33,737 nucleotides of DNA from an uncultured virus (IMG/VR IMGVR_UViG_3300035698_019702) (Duplodnaviria > Heunggongvirae > Uroviricota > Caudoviricetes), in the IMG/VR virus record IMGVR_UViG_3300035698_019702; one strand, given 5' to 3'. Of the stretch, positions 27,196-33,737 are shown in pieces. Each line of letters begins with the position of its first letter. The first letter of the stretch is position 1. A program made the translations under genes and the position numbers. The notes beneath the pieces are model-generated. The model was not told the origin of the DNA and searched no databases. It worked only from the letters and a program-made list of their open reading frames with translations.

Positions 27196-28021
27196 ACTCA
27201 TGTATGGTTTGGGGTCTTATCCTGGTAGTAAGAGCAGATTGGGCGCGCAGATTTTGGGGCGGTTGCCCAAAACGGCCTTTGATTGGTATATTGAGCCGTT
27301 TTGTGGCAACGCACCGTTTATGCGATCTAAGTTCCGATCATATATCGACCCAGATAAAACCAACGTATGGCTGAATGATAAGTGTACTGACGTGTTCAGT
27401 GTACTACAAGGAGTGAGACAAAAACCTAATGATGCAATTATAAGTGATGTGCTATTGCGAGTGAATAGGTGCCTTAAAGGGAAGGTACAGTCAGAATGCA
27501 ATAGAGCGATGTCTGATTTGCGTAAGGGATCGTCACCTGCTGCCTTTTTGCTTTTGACCCGTTTAGCAGTTAGGTCTGTTGTACGTAGAAGTAGAACAAA
27601 GATATGCACCCCATCCTTGTCCGAAATAGATCGACGGCTAAAACCGTTGAATAAGACCAGGTTGATTGAAGCAGTGGCAACTGCTGAGAAGGTTCAGAAA
27701 GTTTCCAATTGGGATTTTCGCAGGGTTTTTGATACTTTGCCCGATAACAGTGTTTCATTTATTGACCCACCGTATTGGACGGGATCGGGGCACGACTGGT
27801 ATGAACATAGTTTTTCTCATCGAGATCATCATGATCTGCATGACAGGCTTGCTGCTTTAGATGTCTCACGGCACCGTTTCATTATGTCTTTGGACATCAA
27901 CACTTTAAGTCGATCTTTGTATTGGCGTGACAAACGTTTTTTCTGCTTGACACTTCCAGTTACCTATGGATGTGGCATGAAAACACAAGAATTTCTGGTG
28001 GCTAACTATCCTATTTCTTGA
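27188..28021 (+). CDS. Dam-like (D12 class) DNA adenine methyltransferase
   Basis: YPGSK, YIEPFCG, LND, DF, FIDPPY, F...DH..L, E.LV.NY. Confidence 0.88.
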   Translation: MNRLMYGLGSYPGSKSRLGAQILGRLPKTAFDWYIEPFCGNAPFMRSKFRSYIDPDKTNVWLNDKCTDVFSVLQGVRQKPNDAIISDVLLRVNRCLKGKVQSECNRAMSDLRKGSSPAAFLLLTRLAVRSVVRRSRTKICTPSLSEIDRRLKPLNKTRLIEAVATAEKVQKVSNWDFRRVFDTLPDNSVSFIDPPYWTGSGHDWYEHSFSHRDHHDLHDRLAALDVSRHRFIMSLDINTLSRSLYWRDKRFFCLTLPVTYGCGMKTQEFLVANYPIS

Positions 28022-28047
28022 CTGGGATGTCAGCAATCTGCTTAAAA

Positions 28048-28107
28048 CTGATCTGAGGCGTAATGCCACGTCGAAACCTTGCTTACGATGCTCAGTCGGA
28101 ATTTTTT
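28048..28107 (+). terminator. Long imperfect hairpin followed by T6; probable terminator
   Basis: CTGA-CTGAG-CGTAA can pair with TTACG-CTCAG-TCGG; then AATTTTTT. Confidence 0.45.
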
Positions 28108-28195
28108 ACTAAACCCTGAAAAGAAAGAAGAAACGCAGGGCTTTCGATGTATAATAGTATCGGCGTCAGGCTACTTTTCATTTTAGGAGAAAAAA

Positions 28196-29095
28196 ATGAG
28201 TATTACATCAACTAGAGACGAATTTAAGACTCCCACTTACAAGAAAGCATCTTATATGATCGAGGCGATCCTACAGACGCTGACGAAATCGGGGAAGCCA
28301 ACGCATCGCAGCGATGTTATTAAGGAAGCGGCTCGTGCTGTCGAGCGGATGTTTAACGTTTCGCCAGAGAAAGCGGACCATCTTGCAGGGCGATGCATAA
28401 CGTTTTGTACACGTAAGGGTTACATACAGACTGTGAAGCGAGGATGGTTCGGTGTTATGCCTGCTGGTGTTAAGGCTCTCACCGGTTATATGTACGGACC
28501 AATGGCGTCAGCATTCAGAGCATCCGTATACGAAAGCAACGGCAATAGGGATAAATCTAAACAGAAGTCAAAAAATCTGAAGAGACTAAGTGCCTCGGTG
28601 AATTCAGGTAAACAAAGCGACATAGAGATTGTGTATTGGGATTTCAAAACCCTGGATAGCTGGCTAAGAGGTGTTAATGGCAACAAAGAAAGCGAGTCTG
28701 TTTCACGTTTGAAGAGACAAGTGAAGACTCATGCTAAAGATATGAACACTCGCCAAAAAGAGTTGTTTGTTATCAGGATTCGTGAGTTGGTGGCACAGAA
28801 TAATTGTGCTAGACTGCGTACATTCCGGCATATGATGCAGGTTAGATTTGACGAAGACCGACCGAATTATAATGCAGTTTTGAAGCAGATCGATGGTATT
28901 GCTCAGGATATTAAAGGACAGGCCAGCCCAGAGCCATCTGAAGATATTCGTCACGACATCGAAGAGAAACTACGGGATCAAATCAGGGAAGAACTCATTC
29001 AAAATATGGAACAAGATTTGAGAGCAAAGCTTACTCAGAGCGTGGAAAATCAAGTCAAAGAAGCAAAGTTGAAATGGTTGGGTGAAACAAACTGA
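28196..29095 (+). CDS. Mrr N-terminal-like winged-helix protein with C-terminal coiled coil
   Basis: PTY......IL..L, KGYI....RGWF.V...G..AL resembles Mrr_N; no nuclease motif seen; AGGAG RBS; TATAAT at 28150. Confidence 0.6.
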   Translation: MSITSTRDEFKTPTYKKASYMIEAILQTLTKSGKPTHRSDVIKEAARAVERMFNVSPEKADHLAGRCITFCTRKGYIQTVKRGWFGVMPAGVKALTGYMYGPMASAFRASVYESNGNRDKSKQKSKNLKRLSASVNSGKQSDIEIVYWDFKTLDSWLRGVNGNKESESVSRLKRQVKTHAKDMNTRQKELFVIRIRELVAQNNCARLRTFRHMMQVRFDEDRPNYNAVLKQIDGIAQDIKGQASPEPSEDIRHDIEEKLRDQIREELIQNMEQDLRAKLTQSVENQVKEAKLKWLGETN

Positions 29096-29107
29096 GATAC
29101 TGACGCT

Positions 29108-29158
29108 GATTCCCCCTGGCAAGGCAGGCGGTCTGCTATTCACCGGGGGAATCTTTTT
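29108..29158 (+). terminator. Rho-independent terminator
   Basis: GATTCCCCC...GGGGGAATC stem followed by TTTTT. Confidence 0.7.
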
Positions 29159-29204
29159 ATCTTCGTTTTTGTACGTCCTGCTCTTGAGTTTTAGCATGCT
29201 ATTC

Positions 29205-29233
29205 TTGACTATCTATTCTCTCTAGGGTATAAT
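29205..29233 (+). promoter_or_regulatory. sigma70-type promoter, probably driving a leaderless mRNA
   Basis: TTGACT-17 nt-TATAAT; ATG only 5 nt downstream. Confidence 0.82.
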
Positions 29234-29238
29234 GAGAT

Positions 29239-29919
29239 ATGTTAGAAAAGTGGATAGCAAAGGATAAAGCTGATTTTGCTAAGAAAGGTGGAGAAATCAA
29301 AGCCAGCCTATCGGGCAAGACCGGTATTCTAGACCACGTTGATGAGGATTGTAAAGAAGACGTGTTTTACATGCTATGCTTCTGTCTGTTGGTGCCTCAA
29401 TCCAAACAAGTTCTCGCTGAAGCAGCAGAGCAGTTGTTGAGAGATGCCAGTTTCTATCATAATACTATACCACAGGGAGAGCTTGCAGAGCTGTTGATGG
29501 GTAAAGCAAGATTTCAGAATATAAAAGCACGCCGACTTCTCCAAGCACGACAAGTTTTCTTAGAGACAGATTTTTGGCCTACTCTGAAAAAGAAGTTCAA
29601 ATCATACAAAGAAGCGCAGGATGATAGAGCTAAACAGCGAGCGTTAATCTATACTCGTGTCTGGTTGGACTCAAAGATAGACGGTTTCGGCTTGAAATTA
29701 TCGAGCCATTTCATGAGGAACATTGGCATGCGAGGATTAGTAATTTTGGATTCGCATGTCCGAAATGCCATGAAGGAGAGATATGGTGTTGGTAATCCTG
29801 ATGACATATTAAAAAAGAGCGAGTATTATGCAATGGAAAGTAAAGTCAAGGAATATGCGAGCAAAGTTGGTATTTCTCTGGACGAACTTGACCTGCTGCT
29901 TTGTGGACATAAGAAATAG
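29239..29919 (+). CDS. ogg: N-glycosylase/DNA lyase (Ogg2-type 8-oxoguanine glycosylase family)
   Basis: LCFCLL.PQS, RF.N.KA, HhH IDGFGLK.SSHFMRNIG, ILDSHV, Y..ME, ELDLLL. Confidence 0.88.
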   Translation: MLEKWIAKDKADFAKKGGEIKASLSGKTGILDHVDEDCKEDVFYMLCFCLLVPQSKQVLAEAAEQLLRDASFYHNTIPQGELAELLMGKARFQNIKARRLLQARQVFLETDFWPTLKKKFKSYKEAQDDRAKQRALIYTRVWLDSKIDGFGLKLSSHFMRNIGMRGLVILDSHVRNAMKERYGVGNPDDILKKSEYYAMESKVKEYASKVGISLDELDLLLCGHKK

Positions 29920-30159
29920 ATGTTAGAGTGTGTTCATAAGTTAGAAGAACGATCAATACCTAAACAACCATGTAATGGTCTTAATATAGAGTTCTTTGGC
30001 ATATCTCCTAGATGTAAGTTGAAACCACCAGTAGATTGGATACATAATCCAACAGGTACTCGGTGGTTATTGAGTGGCGGTGATATCACGGTGTTTGGCT
30101 ACTGTAATCAAAATTGTCCTATTCAAAATGGGTTTTTCAATGAAAAAACATCCAATTGA
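29920..30159 (+). CDS. Hypothetical protein
   Basis: 79 aa; abuts ogg and overlaps the ligase start. Confidence 0.5.
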   Translation: MLECVHKLEERSIPKQPCNGLNIEFFGISPRCKLKPPVDWIHNPTGTRWLLSGGDITVFGYCNQNCPIQNGFFNEKTSN

Positions 30160-31621
30160 GGTAGTTGAAGCGGCTGCTGCCGAATCTGGCACTGGAAGCA
30201 AGAAACGCAAACGAGCACATATTGAGGATTGGTTTGATGATCCTAAAGATTCTCGACCCCGCGAAGAAAGAGAACTGTGGAAAATAGTTCTCTATGCCTT
30301 CAATCCGTGGTACAACTACTTTGTATCTACAGTGCCGGGCCTGAATGAGATTGCATCCGGTGCTCGTAAGAGAGCTAAGGTTCGCAAACGCGGCAAGATG
30401 ATTTTCGATACTGGCCCAGAGACCTACGGGCAAGCACAGCAGTTCGAGACTATGTTTGAACTGCTGGACAAGCTCAAAGATCGAAAGTTGCCTCCTAATT
30501 CATCTGAGTCTCGTGCTGCTATCTTATATTGGGCTAGTCGATGCAACAGTCATACCATTGATACATTCCGTCGCATCCTACATAAAGACCTTCGATGGGG
30601 CATGCAAGAATCCAGCCTCAATGCCATATACCCTGGCTGGGTGCCAACTTTCAAGGTTCAGCTTGCTCAACCTTTTGACGAAACTAAACTTAAGTTCCCG
30701 TGCTACGTTGATCCGAAGTTTGATGGTGAACGATGTCTTGCTTTCATTACCTTCGATGGTGATGAGGCTACAGTTCTGTACTTTTCTCGAAATGGAAATC
30801 AATTTTTTAATTACGGTTGTTTCGATGAAGAGTTGGTTAAGTTGTTCAAAGGTGAAGGGTGCATGGTGGCTGACTGCGAGGTTATCAATCGCAAGGGTTT
30901 TCAAAGCCTAATGAGAGCACCCAAGTATCACGATCCCAACTTTGATACGACTAATTTGCGTTTGATCGTTTTTGATTTCATGCCACAAACAAATTTTGAA
31001 TCCGGTCAGTTTGACCAAACGCAAGATCGTCGATACGCTTATTTGAAGAAGTTATTTGCGCGTCCTACTTTCAAGGTGGAACTTGTGGATACTCGACTAG
31101 CCAAGGATTGGCAAGAGGCTGAGCAAATTTATGGACACTTTATTGCCAAAGGGTTGGAAGGTATTATTCTTAAGCAACCTGATGGCAAGTATGAATTTAA
31201 GCGGTCGTTTGTGTGGGTCAAAATGAAGTCTAAAGAGTCTGAGGATGTTCTCATTGTCGGCATGGAGCTGGGAGATGCTAACAAGAGGTTTGCGGGGAAG
31301 TGCGGAAGTCTGATTATTGAGCGAGATGATCTTGAGCGAGGCCCAATTCGGGTTAACGTGGCTTCTGGATTTACTGATCACATGCATAACAATATAATCG
31401 AAGTGGATAACAAGATACTCTATACTAAACCAGATGGTGAAGTGATAAATTTGAAGGGTAAGATAGTGGAGGTTACTTTTGATTGTTTGACTGAAGATGG
31501 TTCGTATCGTTTCCCACGGTTTAAGCGCCAAGGTGATGATTTGATTCGGAAGGATAAGTCTCTTGTAGATAGAGTAGCGTTTGAACTCGATTTGAGGTCC
31601 AGAAACATCAATGCAAGGTAG
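30140..31621 (+). CDS. ATP-dependent DNA ligase
   Basis: QLA, KFDGERC, FSRNG, DCE, VFD, EGIILK, KRS..WVKMK, SGF, RFPRF. Confidence 0.93.
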   Translation: MKKHPIEVVEAAAAESGTGSKKRKRAHIEDWFDDPKDSRPREERELWKIVLYAFNPWYNYFVSTVPGLNEIASGARKRAKVRKRGKMIFDTGPETYGQAQQFETMFELLDKLKDRKLPPNSSESRAAILYWASRCNSHTIDTFRRILHKDLRWGMQESSLNAIYPGWVPTFKVQLAQPFDETKLKFPCYVDPKFDGERCLAFITFDGDEATVLYFSRNGNQFFNYGCFDEELVKLFKGEGCMVADCEVINRKGFQSLMRAPKYHDPNFDTTNLRLIVFDFMPQTNFESGQFDQTQDRRYAYLKKLFARPTFKVELVDTRLAKDWQEAEQIYGHFIAKGLEGIILKQPDGKYEFKRSFVWVKMKSKESEDVLIVGMELGDANKRFAGKCGSLIIERDDLERGPIRVNVASGFTDHMHNNIIEVDNKILYTKPDGEVINLKGKIVEVTFDCLTEDGSYRFPRFKRQGDDLIRKDKSLVDRVAFELDLRSRNINAR

Positions 31622-32609
31622 ACTTCCACTATTTCAAACGCAAAAAGGTGGATATGTGCTCGATCTTCAGGATAACAACGATGGTATAGTTTGTGATATA
31701 TGTCCACATAAATGTTTCTTGTCCGAAGGGGCTACTGGGCTTTGTCACGTCCTTAGAAATGAATCTGGACGCATTGTAAACCCTCTGTCGGGTCGTTGTT
31801 CTACTATCTCGGTTGAGCCTATTGAAAAGCGGCCTCTATTTCACTTTTTGCCCGGTTGCAATTTTTTATCGGTCGGTTTCTTTGGTTGCCAGCTCCATTG
31901 TGAGATGTGTGAAAATTTTTCTGTTTCGCAAGAGGTTGAAGGTAGATTCTCATCTCAGTCTCCTGATGATCTAGTAGAGATGGCCACCAATAAGAAAACA
32001 GCAGGGATCACATTTACCTACAATGAACCGACACTTTACTATGAGTATATCATCGAGGTGGCCCAAAAAACGAGGGTAGTTGTAAAAACCAATGGTTTTG
32101 TCAATCCTCATATATTGCGGGAAATGAGTGATGTTCAAGCTTGGAATGTTGATATCAAGGGTGATGATAAGGAATATCACCGGGTTTGTGGTGGGTCGCT
32201 CAGCCCAGTCATGGCAGCAGTTGAGACGCTGGCAGAGTCAAAAACCCATCTAGAACTGAGCTATCTCGTTTTGCCACGGTTAGTTAGAGATGTCAACCAG
32301 CATCTCAGAATACGAGATTGGATTGCGGAGATATCCCCAACTATACCCGTTCATATTCTGTATTGCTTCCCTGTACATCGCATGGAAGAGTTTTATGAAC
32401 AGAGTTGGTTGTTACCTATATATGATTTATTTTCTGCAAAGTTAGAATATGTCTATATTTCTAACGTTTATGGGACTATTCAGCGCAGAAACACCTTTTG
32501 TTCGATTTGTGATGCTTTGTTGATTGAGCGGTCCCCGAAGGCGAAAATTCATCGAACCTCATGTTGTGGCACGAATTTACAAGGGATTTGGGCCAACTCC
32601 GAGGTATAA
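31611..32609 (+). CDS. AmmeMemoRadiSam-type radical SAM enzyme
   Basis: CDICPHKC, G.C.V..N, EPIEKRPLFHF.PG, GCQLHCEMCEN (CxxxCxxC), TYNEP, TNG, NVDIK. Confidence 0.9.
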   Translation: MQGRLPLFQTQKGGYVLDLQDNNDGIVCDICPHKCFLSEGATGLCHVLRNESGRIVNPLSGRCSTISVEPIEKRPLFHFLPGCNFLSVGFFGCQLHCEMCENFSVSQEVEGRFSSQSPDDLVEMATNKKTAGITFTYNEPTLYYEYIIEVAQKTRVVVKTNGFVNPHILREMSDVQAWNVDIKGDDKEYHRVCGGSLSPVMAAVETLAESKTHLELSYLVLPRLVRDVNQHLRIRDWIAEISPTIPVHILYCFPVHRMEEFYEQSWLLPIYDLFSAKLEYVYISNVYGTIQRRNTFCSICDALLIERSPKAKIHRTSCCGTNLQGIWANSEV

Positions 32610-32668
32610 TACACTGTAAAATGGGATGCTCCCTACACCGGGGAAGTAGACTCAGGGAGGAAAATGAG

Positions 32669-33235
32669 ATGAATCGATTATTTGTTCTTTTGTTCGTCGT
32701 GTGTCTATCATTTGGTACAGGCTGTACCCATCAACTTAATGATGATCTGTTTGCTCTTACCGAAACCCAATGTAACATAACGGATAAGATGTGCGAATTC
32801 AACGAAGTCTACATGGATGTACTCGCTGGGCAAGTTGAGGAAAAATTTGAATTGCTAGAAATGAAGCTCACTTATGCCGAGTCAGAGCAGTTTCTAATAC
32901 CTAACACTGTCAGAGGAGATGATGGTGTTGATCGTGTTATGATACTGGGTGAGGATGGTCAACGTAGAGCCATATCTGTTGATGATTTCAAACTCTTTAT
33001 GAAAGAGGCATCAGCGGCAAGGCAGACGTTGAATCGTAAACGGGCAGAATTTGACAGTTTGCTGAGGGATTGGGAGCGCGTAGTGACCGATGTTAGGAAA
33101 TCTACGCAGATCACACGAAACATGAACGTGGAGATCAACGAAAAACTTAAATCTGCTCAGCGAGTGTTAGAAGACCTAACTAAGGTCACAGCAACGTTCG
33201 TAAGTACTGCTGCAATGTTCTTGTTGGCAGGTTAA
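32669..33235 (+). CDS. Putative lipoprotein with coiled coil and hydrophobic C-terminus
   Basis: MNRLFVLLFVVCLSFGTG|C signal/lipobox; GGAGG RBS; ends VTATFVSTAAMFLLAG. Confidence 0.65.
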   Translation: MNRLFVLLFVVCLSFGTGCTHQLNDDLFALTETQCNITDKMCEFNEVYMDVLAGQVEEKFELLEMKLTYAESEQFLIPNTVRGDDGVDRVMILGEDGQRRAISVDDFKLFMKEASAARQTLNRKRAEFDSLLRDWERVVTDVRKSTQITRNMNVEINEKLKSAQRVLEDLTKVTATFVSTAAMFLLAG

Positions 33236-33246
33236 TAGGAGATGTC

Positions 33247-33603
33247 ATGGGAAGTTTTGTGAATTACGATTTTTTGGACGAAGCAGGTGTTCCACAGCAA
33301 TATAAAGATAAGCTGAAGCAACTGCGTACAGAGATGGATGATCTGCTTGATTTACAAAGGCAGCAAGTTGTCGATGCAAAGCAGCATATTGCCACCCTAG
33401 ATAGCTGGGTAGGAGTAGCGGAGCAGGCAATTAGTATAATTCAGTCGATTGTTCCTCTCATTCCGACTATCTCTACGCTGAAACCTATTGCTGGTGCTAC
33501 TGGCTGTACTACGAATCAGAAGCAAGGTTTCTTGCAGCAGTTGGCATCTGCTGGATTGAGCTTGGATAGCTTCCAAAGTTTGCTGGGCCAAGTGAAAATT
33601 TAG
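33247..33603 (+). CDS. Hypothetical helical protein
   Basis: AGGAG RBS; coiled-coil and amphipathic segments. Confidence 0.75.
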   Translation: MGSFVNYDFLDEAGVPQQYKDKLKQLRTEMDDLLDLQRQQVVDAKQHIATLDSWVGVAEQAISIIQSIVPLIPTISTLKPIAGATGCTTNQKQGFLQQLASAGLSLDSFQSLLGQVKI

Positions 33604-33611
33604 ATCGTAGA

Positions 33612-33737
33612 TGAACTACCCAAGGGCTAAAGACCCTTGGGTTTCCTCCTTCACAGAACCAACTTTATCCTTGCTCACGCAAGAACCAGAGGTCGTGTTC
33701 TCCAGAGGCTTTAATTTGGGGCGTCCCGCCCCTACAA
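33612..33737 (-). mobile_element. IS200/IS605 right end/omegaRNA-like region C (runs off the window edge)
   Basis: Minus strand GTAGGGGCGGGACGCCCC..GCCTCTGGAG..GAAGGAGGAAACCCAAGGG-hairpin-GGGTAGTTCA; same layout as 15884-16036. Confidence 0.78.

Noticed and set aside
28025..28082. Hammerhead-ribozyme-like order of elements (GTC, hairpin, CTGA..GA, hairpin, GAAAC)
   Set aside because: It needs three insertions in the catalytic core and stem III barely pairs; a terminator-like hairpin explains the region better. An Rfam cmsearch would settle it.
2619..33591. Numerous minus-strand and nested ORFs in the track
   Set aside because: They lie opposite or inside well-supported genes and show no recognisable motifs.

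Overview
The window looks like part of a large (jumbo-type) bacteriophage genome: densely packed genes, almost all on the + strand, standard genetic code, no rRNA, tRNA or CRISPR array recognised. The left half is a replication/recombination module. It holds the intein-bearing C-terminus of a short DnaE, a possible mediator, a gp32-like SSB, RecA, a DnaG lacking its Zn domain, a Cas4-like nuclease, a sigma-like protein, SpoVS, a Gam/Gp157-like protein and a UvrD/PcrA with an intein. Overlapping the helicase end is a nonulosonic (sialic-type) acid cluster: two Maf/DUF115-type transferases, NeuA, NeuB and a KdsC-like phosphatase. This cluster is interrupted by two outward-facing tnpB 3'-end (omegaRNA-region) remnants around an orphan gene, and a third such remnant lies at the right edge of the window. 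The right half is accessory: vWA, DUF1257, a phosphatase, DUF4419 fused to a GC-rich captured segment, PurA, a variant DGQHR + Dam-like + Mrr_N group, an OGG glycosylase, a DNA ligase, a radical SAM enzyme and a lipoprotein. All assignments come from recognising motifs by eye; no searches were run.
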